A stretch of DNA of 30,786 nt from a bacterium (GTDB lineage Bacteria > Arandabacterota > Arandabacteria > Arandabacterales > JALGWA01), in NCBI GenBank assembly GCA_050125095.1, contig JASFEA010000018.1, positions 1 through 30,786 of the forward strand, written 5' to 3'. Made by a program: the position numbers and the translations under genes. Positions 8,900-17,941 of this stretch are shown piece by piece (position 1 is the first letter of the stretch; the number at the start of each line of letters is the position of its first letter). The notes below the pieces were generated by a model. It saw only the letters and a program-made list of their open reading frames with translations. It did not search any database and had not been told where the DNA came from.

Positions 8900-9835
8900 A
8901 TGACGATTGCGGTCATTGGAGCGGGGGGGATGGGTGGGCTCTTCGGCGGGCTGTTGTGGATGGCCGGAGAGGGTGTCGTGCTCATCGACAGGGGGGAGCA
9001 CCTCAAGGCGATACAAAGCCAGGGGCTCACGCTGAAAACGGCCGGCCCGCGGGCTTTCGTTGTGGACGTTCCTGCGACGGATGATCCGGAAGGGATCGGG
9101 CGGGTGGACCTCCTCATCTTCTGCGTCAAGACGTATGACCTCGAGACGGCCGCGGCGGCAGCCGCCCCGCTCGTGGGACCCGAGTCCGTCGTACTGCCCG
9201 TTCAGAACGGCATCGCGGCCCCCGACAGACTCGGGGAGGTTCTGGGCGCCGAGAAGGTGATCGGGGGTGTCTCATATCATCAGGGTGCGATTGAGGCGCC
9301 CGGTGTGATCTCATATGGAGGCGTTGAAGGCAAACTCTACCTCGGAGAGCTCGGGGGCGGCGGCAGCGGCAGGGTGGAGAGGGTCCGGCGCCTGCTGTGC
9401 GATGCCGGCATAGACTCCGAGATTCACCCGGACATCCGGCTGGCAATGTGGGAGAAGCTGGTCCTCATATGCGCCACAGGGGGTGTCATGGCCTATTACC
9501 GCCGGCCCATCGGCCCCTTACTCGAAGACATGGAGGCCAGGTCGCTCCTCCTGGGCGTAATGAAAGAGGCCGAACTGGTTGCCCGCGCCCGTGGAATCGC
9601 GCTGCCGGAGGGGACGGCGGAACGCCACCTCGCTTTCATAGAGAAGAGGTTTACGCCCGATACCAGGAGTTCCCAGCTTGAGGACATTCTGGCCGGCCGG
9701 AGGCTCGAGGTCGAGTCCTTGAATGGCGAGGTGGTTCGCCTCGGCCGGAAGCTCGGAGTAGAGACCCCGCTCAATCGCAAGGTCTATGACGCCCTGAAGC
9801 CATACGCCGCCGGCAGCGGATCGAGTGCGGAATGA
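8900..9835 (+). CDS. panE: 2-dehydropantoate 2-reductase (ketopantoate reductase family)
   Basis: GAGGMG Rossmann motif, CVKTYD, PVQNG, catalytic WEKL and GRRLEVESLNG. Confidence 0.88.
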   Translation: MTIAVIGAGGMGGLFGGLLWMAGEGVVLIDRGEHLKAIQSQGLTLKTAGPRAFVVDVPATDDPEGIGRVDLLIFCVKTYDLETAAAAAAPLVGPESVVLPVQNGIAAPDRLGEVLGAEKVIGGVSYHQGAIEAPGVISYGGVEGKLYLGELGGGGSGRVERVRRLLCDAGIDSEIHPDIRLAMWEKLVLICATGGVMAYYRRPIGPLLEDMEARSLLLGVMKEAELVARARGIALPEGTAERHLAFIEKRFTPDTRSSQLEDILAGRRLEVESLNGEVVRLGRKLGVETPLNRKVYDALKPYAAGSGSSAE

Positions 9836-9950
9836 GGCCTCGCCGGCGGATCAAACCTGAAAAGGGACGCCGTCCGCTTTCCTCCTAAAACCCCTTGCGC
9901 ATTGGCGCAGTCCTGTTATGGTTTAGCGGTTCCGTCGGCGGAGGGCCGGC

Positions 9951-11318
9951 ATGCGTTTTGAGATCCTTACGCCAAACAATGTGAGGCGCATCGCCTTATT
10001 CGCCATCGCTCTCATTGCGGGTTATGCCGTGAGCCGGTTTCACCCCGAAGGTCTGAGCGAGGCCGGACGCCTCACCCTCGGCATCTTCACCACCGCTGCG
10101 ATTCTCTGGATCCTGGAGCCGTTCCCCCTCTATGTGACATCTTTCATCGTGGTGATACTGGAAGTGGTTCTTCTGGGCCGGCCCGGAGGCCCGCTGGGGC
10201 TTACGGGCAGCGGTTATACCGTATTCCTCCATCCATTCTTCGACTCGGTGGTGGTTCTGGTGCTGGGGGGATACGTGCTGGCCACCGCGATAAAGCGATA
10301 CGGTCTTGATGAGCGCCTGTCCCGCGGCATATTGCAAAGAGCCGGCACAGGCCCCAGGACGGTGCTGCTCGCGATGATGGCTACATCGGCCTTTCTCTCG
10401 ATGTGGATCTCCAATACGGCGGCGACCGCCCTCATGATTGCAGTGGCCATACCCATAGTGACGACCTTCGCGCCGGACGAACCTTTCAGAAAGGCCATAA
10501 TTCTCGGCATTCCTTTTGCGTCCAATATAGGCGGCATGGCCACGCCCATAGGCACTCCGCCGAACGCCATTGCCATCGGCATTCTGGCGAATATGGGGCA
10601 TCCAATAAGTTTCGGGGAGTGGATGTACAGGGGCCTGCCGGTTGCCGTCATCCTGCTGATAGCGTGCTGGCTGCTTTTATGCCGGTTCTTCCCACCCGGC
10701 GTGGGCGCGATAGAAATAAGGTCCAGGGACCAGGGGAGAGTGGGCCGGAAGCCCGTATTCGTTCTTGTGGTCTTCGCGGTTGTGGTTTTTCTCTGGCTCA
10801 CGTCCAAGTGGCACGGCGTTCCGGCATCTGTCGTTGCCCTGGTTCCCCTCGTGGTCTTCTTCGGGCTCCGGCTTCTCAAGGACGAGGACTTGCAGGACCT
10901 GGGGTGGGGGATACTGTTTACGATAGGCGGCGGCATGAGCCTGGGAATAGCCATGAAAGAGAGCGGGCTCAGCGCCTATATCGTGGGCCTGATTCCCTTC
11001 GGGCATCTGCCGGTTGTGATTGTCCTGCTTATATTCTGCCTGTCGGCCGCCCTGATGACTACATTCATTTCAAACAGCGCCACTGCCAGCCTCCTGCTGC
11101 CCATAGTGGTGGGGGTTTCGGCGATCCAGCCGGCCACAAGCGGGGTGGCTGTGGCGCTGGCGGCGTCTGCGGCGATGGTTTTGCCGATAAGTACGGCACC
11201 TAACGCCATTGCATATGGCTCGGGCTACTTCTCCGTGAGGGATATGGCCAGGGCCGGGAGTATCATGACAGTGATCGCCGCGGTGGCGATCGCGCTGTTC
11301 ATATATGTTGTCTTCTGA
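9951..11318 (+). CDS. DASS/SLC13-family anion transporter
   Basis: Many TM helices; LSMWISNTAAT, GGMATPIGTPPNAI, FISNSATA and LPISTAPNAIAY signature motifs. Confidence 0.92.
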   Translation: MRFEILTPNNVRRIALFAIALIAGYAVSRFHPEGLSEAGRLTLGIFTTAAILWILEPFPLYVTSFIVVILEVVLLGRPGGPLGLTGSGYTVFLHPFFDSVVVLVLGGYVLATAIKRYGLDERLSRGILQRAGTGPRTVLLAMMATSAFLSMWISNTAATALMIAVAIPIVTTFAPDEPFRKAIILGIPFASNIGGMATPIGTPPNAIAIGILANMGHPISFGEWMYRGLPVAVILLIACWLLLCRFFPPGVGAIEIRSRDQGRVGRKPVFVLVVFAVVVFLWLTSKWHGVPASVVALVPLVVFFGLRLLKDEDLQDLGWGILFTIGGGMSLGIAMKESGLSAYIVGLIPFGHLPVVIVLLIFCLSAALMTTFISNSATASLLLPIVVGVSAIQPATSGVAVALAASAAMVLPISTAPNAIAYGSGYFSVRDMARAGSIMTVIAAVAIALFIYVVF

Positions 11319-11719
11319 TGGAAGAGAGGCGAGATACCGTGAGCGATGAAAGCGACTGCGGGCAGGAGGGGGCCAGGCTCGAGCACTGCCCGGGATGCGG
11401 GTCCGTGGATATGAGGAATAACATGTATTTCTGCAAGGGCCAGCCCGTAAGGGTTTATGTTCAGTGCGCGGATTGCGGCGAGTTCGTGGCGCGTTATTCG
11501 CTGAGAGCATACACGTCCAACAAGACCTACGAGTCGCTGCTACGGCGAATGAGATCGGCCAAGCTCACGAGCGGCAAGCGGACCTTGAGGATAGTCGAGG
11601 GGTTCGGCGAAGATGTCGCCTCGGAGTACAATCATGTTCTCGACCTGGTGAAGACCCGCGAAGACCAGCGCGTGATCGAAGACATAATCGCCGAGGACTA
11701 TCCTGACGATGCGGAATGA
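11318..11719 (+). CDS. Small hypothetical zinc-ribbon protein
   Basis: TGATG overlap with the DASS stop codon; CPGC...CADC pairs; acidic C-terminus. Confidence 0.75.
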   Translation: MEERRDTVSDESDCGQEGARLEHCPGCGSVDMRNNMYFCKGQPVRVYVQCADCGEFVARYSLRAYTSNKTYESLLRRMRSAKLTSGKRTLRIVEGFGEDVASEYNHVLDLVKTREDQRVIEDIIAEDYPDDAE

Positions 11720-11773
11720 CCCTGGATAGCCGCGGAGTACTATCAAGATGGCAGGATTACCGGCAGGATGCGC

Positions 11774-11960
11774 TCGGGCCGGGGTGAAAGGTCCTAGGCG
11801 GGAGGCTCCGGAAGCCTGAACCACCAGTTCATATAGACCATGGGGACCGGGTAGGTGGTCCACGCCCTGTATCAGCGGTAGCGTGACGCATCCCACCCCT
11901 ACCGGTCGCCTACTGGGCCGCCCCCATTTCCTCAGCTTCGGCTGCTTCCGCCCCGCTCGA
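11774..11960 (+). ncRNA. Candidate structured non-coding RNA or cis-regulatory leader (family unassigned)
   Basis: Several nested complementary segments with G-U pairs that favour the + strand, a C(UUCG)G tetraloop at 11933-11944, and no convincing ORF in the 300-nt intergenic region. Confidence 0.5.
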
Positions 11961-12019
11961 ATTCGCTTGTTATCCCCCGCATTTTGCTGCACAACTTGTG
12001 TAAACGAGGGGGATAAGAC

Positions 12020-14026
12020 ATGAAGTCTCTGACTCTTATGCTGCTTGCGCTACTGGTGTTCACGTTTGCCCTGCCGGGGAGGGCATATGTAGAGAAAGAG
12101 GTGGACCCGTTCGACATGGCGCTGGAGGAGATCGGGCTCACCAAGGAGACTCTGACCTTCGACTACGGCGATATGTCGAACTACGGCGGGGACAGGTACT
12201 TCCTTCCCCTCTTCTATACGCTTCACTCGAGCCCTTTTAAGGTCGAGCATTACAGCAAGGTCTTCCGGGACGGCATGCTCGAGAACTGCGAGTCGCTTGC
12301 ATGGCTCGTCGCCTTCGGATCCAGCCGCATAAACGAAGGTATCCGGAGGGGTCTCATCGCGGATCCCCTGGATTCGGTCAGGCCACTTGCCGACAGGGAG
12401 GATCCGCTGTACTCGGCGATACGGGATCTGCAGGAATTCCTGGGAGCCCCCATACCCGACCACCGTGGAGCGCGACTTGCGGCTGCGGCGGCCGAAGTGC
12501 CCGCCGAGCTCCAGAGCCTCGCCGCCGTTGTCATCCTGGCGGCAGTCGACTCGCTCGACTACCACGAACTCGCCTTCGAGCGCGCAGCGCATGAGTTCGA
12601 CCTGGTTGATATATACGGGCGCGTCAAGGCGCTCGCTACGGATGAGGACGTTGTGGACCGCGGGATGGAACGTTTCATAGACCTCGTGGATTTCAAGTAT
12701 CTCTATACGCCGTCCCAGGACATCGCCATGGCGGTCGACTTCGTTGCCGATTCGCTTGCCAATCTTGAGTTTCCCGAAGACTTCGGTTTTGAGTGGCCCA
12801 CCGCGCTGGGCAAGATTGTCCTCAGCGGCGCCGGCAACGACGAGTATGAGGCGGATGACTACTTCCTCATTATCGATGTGGGAGGGGATGACCTATACCG
12901 GGGAGGGGCGGTGAATCGCAGCCCGGCGAACTGGGTGTCGATCCTGATCGACGCGTCGGGCGACGATGTGTATGAGTCGGATTCCGGGGGGGAGCCGGCA
13001 TTCGGAGCGGGCATACTCGGATACGCCTATCTTGTGGATCTTGCCGGAAGCGACAAGTACGGGGGCGGCAGCCTCACGCAGGGGGTTGGCCTCTTCGGTG
13101 TCGGTGCGCTCCTGGACAGGTCCGGTGACGATACGTACGACGCTTACATCGGCGCCCAGGGGGCCGGTATCTTCGGCATAGGAGTCTTGTCCGACATGGC
13201 TGGCGGGGACAAGTACCACTGCTACCAGATGGGACAGGGTTACGGGTTCACCAAGGGCATCGGCATGCTCGTCGACAAATCCGGCGACGACCATTACGTC
13301 GCAGAGGACGAGGATATCGTATTCCCCTCGCCGCAGACGGAAGAACACAATGCCAACCTAGCCCAGGGCGTGGGATTCGGCAAACGCGCCGACTTCGTTG
13401 ACGGCCACTCATGGGCCGGCGGCCACGGCTTCCTCATTGACGGGGCAGGAGACGACATATATGACGCCGGGCTCTTCGCACAGGGCTGCGCCTACTGGTA
13501 CGCTATCGGCCTGCTCTCGGACATGGCGGGCAACGATGAATATAACGGCATATGGTACGTGCAGGGCTCGGGCGCCCATTTCGGCCTCGGGATTCTGCTG
13601 GAATCCGGAGGCGATGACGTATATAACGCCGAGATGAACATGGCCCAGGGGGCCGGGCATGACTTCACGCTGGGTCTCCTCATAGATGAAGCGGGCGACG
13701 ACGTCTACAACGCTCCCAATCTCTCGCTCGGCGGCGGAAACGCAAACGGCATCGGCATGTTCTGGGACAAGACAGGCGATGACGTCTATAATTGCGCTGC
13801 CCGGCTCACGCTCGGAAGAGCCAACGGGGCGGGAAGGGGCGGCCTCCGCGACCACATTAACACAATAGGCTTCTTTCTCGACACCGGGGGCAACGACATC
13901 TATCCGCTCGCCTACCCGGACTCTGTTGAGGTCTTCAAAAACGATCATCTCTGGACGCGCCCGGGGCTCAGCCCGGACGACCCGCTTCCCACCGAGCTCG
14001 GCGTGGGCTACGACCGCGAATGGTAG
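12020..14026 (+). CDS. Secreted protein with tandem D-x-x-G-[DN]-D-x-Y / QGxG glycine-rich repeats (probable Ca-binding beta-solenoid)
   Basis: Signal peptide MKSLTLMLLALLVFTFALPGRA; about 13 repeats such as LLDRSGDDTY, LIDGAGDDIY and FWDKTGDDVY. Confidence 0.8.
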   Translation: MKSLTLMLLALLVFTFALPGRAYVEKEVDPFDMALEEIGLTKETLTFDYGDMSNYGGDRYFLPLFYTLHSSPFKVEHYSKVFRDGMLENCESLAWLVAFGSSRINEGIRRGLIADPLDSVRPLADREDPLYSAIRDLQEFLGAPIPDHRGARLAAAAAEVPAELQSLAAVVILAAVDSLDYHELAFERAAHEFDLVDIYGRVKALATDEDVVDRGMERFIDLVDFKYLYTPSQDIAMAVDFVADSLANLEFPEDFGFEWPTALGKIVLSGAGNDEYEADDYFLIIDVGGDDLYRGGAVNRSPANWVSILIDASGDDVYESDSGGEPAFGAGILGYAYLVDLAGSDKYGGGSLTQGVGLFGVGALLDRSGDDTYDAYIGAQGAGIFGIGVLSDMAGGDKYHCYQMGQGYGFTKGIGMLVDKSGDDHYVAEDEDIVFPSPQTEEHNANLAQGVGFGKRADFVDGHSWAGGHGFLIDGAGDDIYDAGLFAQGCAYWYAIGLLSDMAGNDEYNGIWYVQGSGAHFGLGILLESGGDDVYNAEMNMAQGAGHDFTLGLLIDEAGDDVYNAPNLSLGGGNANGIGMFWDKTGDDVYNCAARLTLGRANGAGRGGLRDHINTIGFFLDTGGNDIYPLAYPDSVEVFKNDHLWTRPGLSPDDPLPTELGVGYDREW

Positions 14027-14058
14027 GGGGCGCGCGGAACGATGGTGCCACTTAAGGG

Positions 14059-14086
14059 TTGAGATTGCACGCTTTTGTGGTATAAT
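14059..14086 (+). promoter_or_regulatory. Sigma-70 promoter with extended -10
   Basis: TTGAGA-N16-TATAAT, with TGnTATAAT. Confidence 0.6.
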
Positions 14087-14147
14087 TGCCACATAATCCC
14101 GGTTAAGCACCACAGGCGAGAGTTCCATTCATTACAGGGAGGAAGCC

Positions 14148-16037
14148 ATGCGAGGGGCTTTGCTTGCCGTTTTTCTGATATTACCCACAATTGCCTTTGC
14201 GCTCTCGCCCGGCGGAAACGCCGGCTCCCCTGCCGGGCTGGCGTCACCATCGTCTTCAATCGCGGGATTCCCTGAAGGCGTCGTCAAGGTCGGTCATATA
14301 GAAGTCAAACTCGACCATGACGTGATATACGCGATCATCTCAACTGATCTCGTGCGCCCGGTCTTAAAGACCGACGTTGCGATATGGGATACGACTTACG
14401 GCTATAGCGACGGGCTAGGCAATGCGACTTTTAGGATTCCGGTATATATCAACGACAACACCGACGCCTATGACATGTTGGTGAAGCTGTATGCCGAAGT
14501 CGAGGGGTATGGTGACTGGAACCGCGGGGGCGAGGACTACAAATGGGTGTTTACCGAAGACACAGATTTCGTATTCTTCTACTGGGACTTCGCAACGGAC
14601 GTTCTTGATAGCACTGAAGGTGCGGTCAGATACAGAGTATTCGCGAAGGCCGACATAACTGTCTTCCGGCCGTTCAAGGCCGACTATGAGTGGTACGATC
14701 ACGATGGGTCCAACAGCGTCCGCGTTGAGAGCCGGGCGCACCCTCCGTATGAGCAGACCGTCGAGATCAACATTCCTGCAGACAGCTCCCAATTCGAAAT
14801 CGGTAGCAATACCGGGAATGTCGTCGGTTACGTGGAAGCCGGGGACGATCCCCCACCGGGTTTCGGTATGGCCCACATGGCCATAATCACCAATGCCAAG
14901 ACGCCCGACCAGGATAGCGATTTCCGAACGGGGGCCAATGGCGGTTTCTGGGAAACCTTCCGCCTGGACGATCCCACAGCGGCCGGTGAAGTCACAATAC
15001 GCGTCTACGACGACCCCTGTAGCGCCGAATACCTCGCCAGCTCCGACGGTGATTCGGTAACCATATTCGTTACCCGCAAGTCAGGTTGGAGCACCTTCGG
15101 CCTCTTTGCCGTGCCCGGTCACCGTACGGCATTGGGAGTACCAACGGAATACCTGGTTGCCATTCCGTCTTATGAGGGTTACGAGGACAGTGTGACCCTC
15201 AATGTGTTGGATCTACCTCCCGGGGTTCTATACTCATTTGAGGCAAACCGGGTTCGCGTACCGCCGGACAGCACACTTGGAGTCAATCTGACTCTTGAAG
15301 CCGACGCCATCACGCCTTTGGGATTCCATGAAATCAGGATAACCGCGTCCGACGACACGCTGACTCGCGAGTTCGTCTGCCCGCTCTTCGTGGAAGACCC
15401 GCTTCCCCCGGCCCCGATCCTCGACCTCCAGGTGATTGCACAGGAAGATACTTCGGTAACACTTTGCTGGACGGCCCCGGGAGCCGATGCGGACAGCGGA
15501 TGGGCCTACGAATATGACATTCGCTATTCGACCGTCCTCCCCGATGGGGATACGGCAAGCTGGTGGGCTGACGCCGACACCATCGCGCAAAGAGTGATGG
15601 CCGGGCCTCCGGGATGGCGGGATACTTGCGTCGTAAATGGCCTGGCTTTGCCGGACAGCATCTACTATTTCGCGGTGAAGACCGCGGACGGAGCCCTGAT
15701 ATGGTCGGAGATATCCAATATAGTGGAGGTGCCGGACGCCGGAGTCAGGGAGCCCGCGGCTCCCGGTCTACCGGCAGTATTCGCCCTTTCCCCCAACCGT
15801 CCGAATCCATTCACGCGCTCGACGGAGATCAGATACGCCCTTCCGCGGGATTGCCACGTCAGACTTGAGATATATGACATACGCGGGCGGCAGGTTGCGA
15901 GCCTGATTGATGAGGAGCAGCAGGCGGGCTATAAGAGGGCCATTTGGGATGCCTCGTCGGTCTCTCCCGGGATATTCTTCTGCCGCTTCATGGCAGGCGA
16001 ATTCACAAGTGTTGAGAAGATGGTGGTTCTGAGATAG
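14148..16037 (+). CDS. Secreted multidomain Ig/FN3-like protein with T9SS type-A-like C-terminal domain
   Basis: Signal peptide; FN3-like VTLCWTAPG...YDIRYS...YYFAVKTAD...WSEISN; CTD PNRPNPF...IYDIRGRQV...PGIFFCRF...KMVVLR. Confidence 0.82.
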   Translation: MRGALLAVFLILPTIAFALSPGGNAGSPAGLASPSSSIAGFPEGVVKVGHIEVKLDHDVIYAIISTDLVRPVLKTDVAIWDTTYGYSDGLGNATFRIPVYINDNTDAYDMLVKLYAEVEGYGDWNRGGEDYKWVFTEDTDFVFFYWDFATDVLDSTEGAVRYRVFAKADITVFRPFKADYEWYDHDGSNSVRVESRAHPPYEQTVEINIPADSSQFEIGSNTGNVVGYVEAGDDPPPGFGMAHMAIITNAKTPDQDSDFRTGANGGFWETFRLDDPTAAGEVTIRVYDDPCSAEYLASSDGDSVTIFVTRKSGWSTFGLFAVPGHRTALGVPTEYLVAIPSYEGYEDSVTLNVLDLPPGVLYSFEANRVRVPPDSTLGVNLTLEADAITPLGFHEIRITASDDTLTREFVCPLFVEDPLPPAPILDLQVIAQEDTSVTLCWTAPGADADSGWAYEYDIRYSTVLPDGDTASWWADADTIAQRVMAGPPGWRDTCVVNGLALPDSIYYFAVKTADGALIWSEISNIVEVPDAGVREPAAPGLPAVFALSPNRPNPFTRSTEIRYALPRDCHVRLEIYDIRGRQVASLIDEEQQAGYKRAIWDASSVSPGIFFCRFMAGEFTSVEKMVVLR

Positions 16038-16102
16038 TCGCCGAGGTACGAGGCCGCGGCCGCCGGCCTTGCGCAAACGGCCTTGGGCGGCAGCCTGTCT
16101 AG

Positions 16103-17281
16103 CTAGGCGTGGCGGTGGCCGGCCCCCCCGTCATGAAGCAAACCGGCCATAGCCTCCTTTACCTGGTTGACCGCGCCGTCTTCGCATGACTCATCGTTCA
16201 TCAAACCGAGCAACCGCTTGAAGACTGGAATGAGCCTTTCATCGGGCACCATGCCGAGTTCACCCATGCTCTCTGCCGCATAAACCAGCCTGGGGATATC
16301 ATCGGTTCCCAGGAAGGGAGAACTGAGAGTGGCTTCGATCTCCGCGCAGAGCTTCTCAGCAAGACTGGCGGATTCCTCCTCCACGAATTTATCTAGGGTT
16401 TTGAAGGAATCGGTATCCCCGCACAAACTGGAGGCGCCGGCATTTTCCTCTATATGCTTGACCGAAGATGGCCCGCATATGGCGCAGATTACGTTCTCGC
16501 GGTTAAGAGCCCAGCGGATGGCAACCTGGGCTCGACTGGCCCCGATCTCGCCGGCGATTTCGGCCATCTTCTCGGCGATCCTGAGACCGCTCTTCAGGCG
16601 CTCTCCGGCGAATAGAGCATCGACATTCCGGATGTCGCCCTTCTCGAGGCCAAACCGCCCCTTGACCGATCCCGTGAGAAGGCCGCGGCCGGTAACTGAG
16701 AAGCCCAGGTAGTCGGCGCGGCTGGTCCTCATCAGCGGCAGCATCCTTGTGTAGTAGCGGTCCGACACAGCGCTCAGCTCACCCATGACGGTAGAGAAGT
16801 CTCCCTTGTTGAGGAACATCGGGGCGCGTTCTGCGAAGACGTGTCCCAAGCCGTAAAAGCGTATCTTGCCGGCTGATTTCAGGTCCTCGAAAGCCCGGAT
16901 GACTTCTTCGACGGGCGTCTTCCCGTCGTCGAAGTGGGCGGCGTAGAGGTCGATGTAATCGACCCCGAGGTTCTTGAGACTCTGATGGCAGGATGCCATG
17001 ATGCTTTTATAGGCCAGGGGTTCTCCGGCCATGCCTCCCGCTACCTTCGTAGAGATGAATATGTCATCCCGGAACTCCCCGACCACCTCACCCAGGATCT
17101 TCTCCGCGTCACCATAGCCAGGGCCTGTATCAAAGAAAGTGATGCCGAGCTCAAACGCCCGCTTCAGCATCTCTCGGACCGAGTCGACATCAGCGCGTCC
17201 GTATACGCCGCTAAGCGAGTAGGTGCCTATCCCGATTTCCGATATCTCGAAATCGCCCTTGTTCGACCTCCGCCGTCGCAC
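16103..17281 (-). CDS. Cytoplasmic aldo/keto reductase with helical C-terminal extension
   Basis: GTG start with AGGAGG SD; SEIGIGT, FFDTGPGYG, ISTK, SLKNLGVDYIDLYAAH, GKIR and AQVAIRW. Confidence 0.88.
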   Translation of the reverse strand: MRRRRSNKGDFEISEIGIGTYSLSGVYGRADVDSVREMLKRAFELGITFFDTGPGYGDAEKILGEVVGEFRDDIFISTKVAGGMAGEPLAYKSIMASCHQSLKNLGVDYIDLYAAHFDDGKTPVEEVIRAFEDLKSAGKIRFYGLGHVFAERAPMFLNKGDFSTVMGELSAVSDRYYTRMLPLMRTSRADYLGFSVTGRGLLTGSVKGRFGLEKGDIRNVDALFAGERLKSGLRIAEKMAEIAGEIGASRAQVAIRWALNRENVICAICGPSSVKHIEENAGASSLCGDTDSFKTLDKFVEEESASLAEKLCAEIEATLSSPFLGTDDIPRLVYAAESMGELGMVPDERLIPVFKRLLGLMNDESCEDGAVNQVKEAMAGLLHDGGAGHRHA

Positions 17282-17377
17282 TGTTATGCCTCCTGATGTG
17301 CGGTATCTGGTCGGCTGTATTCTACTACAAGCAACATGCGAGGGTATCAGGACTCGCGAAGCACGCGGTGTTGTCAG

Positions 17378-17821
17378 CTAATCGTCCGCAAGCGGCAGGA
17401 CCAGGCAGTAGCCGCGCTCTTTGGCGACTACGCGTGATATGTGGCCCATACCCCCGGTATCCTCTACCAGGATGATACTGCCCGGGCCGAAGCGGCGCAC
17501 TTCGCCATCAGAGACCTCCACATCCAGTTCGCCGACGAGGATGATGAGGAACTGGCGCCGTGGGGCAGGATGCCAGTTGCCTTCCCAGCCTCCGGGGCTC
17601 GAGATAACCGTCATGCCCTGCGTCATGAAGGCCTGGCTTACCGATATTGGGGGCGCGGGGGGGGCGAAGTCCTTGAGCTCGAAGGTCATTTCAAGATCCT
17701 CAAAATGGGTCTTGCCTTCCGGCCCTGTGTAGATCCGGACATAGGCGAATGGCCCCGATACCTCGATGTCGTCCGGGTCGGCCGGGGTATTCTCAGACGG
17801 TGTCATGTCGATCTCCCTCAC
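17378..17821 (-). CDS. Cupin-domain protein
   Basis: WHPAPRRQF...GELDVEVSDGEVRRFGPGSIILVEDTGGMGH cupin motifs; the start may be the downstream ATG (MTPSE). Confidence 0.85.
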   Translation of the reverse strand: MREIDMTPSENTPADPDDIEVSGPFAYVRIYTGPEGKTHFEDLEMTFELKDFAPPAPPISVSQAFMTQGMTVISSPGGWEGNWHPAPRRQFLIILVGELDVEVSDGEVRRFGPGSIILVEDTGGMGHISRVVAKERGYCLVLPLADD

Positions 17822-17887
17822 TCTGGCTACATGTATTCATAAAAGCTGGCCAGACTCAAGGTGAATCGAAAGCGGGCATCGCATGAG

Positions 17888-17926
17888 AAAGGCAGGGGGC
17901 GGGACCCTTGCGGAAGGCCTCGCCCC
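17888..17926 (-). terminator. Probable intrinsic terminator after the DUF5916 gene
   Basis: Minus-strand hairpin GGGGCGAGGCCTT-CCGC-AAGGGTCCCGCCCC followed by a short pyrimidine tract. Confidence 0.55.
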
Positions 17927-17941
17927 GTGAGGGAACCTCTT

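Noticed and set aside
11776-11802. Resemblance to FMN riboswitch or group II intron starts (GGGGTGAAAG)
   Set aside because: The downstream conserved FMN blocks and intron domain V are absent.
11748-11819. 23-aa ORF MAGLPAGCARAGVKGPRREAPEA in the structured region
   Set aside because: Poorly spaced SD and no peptide features; RNA structure explains the region better.
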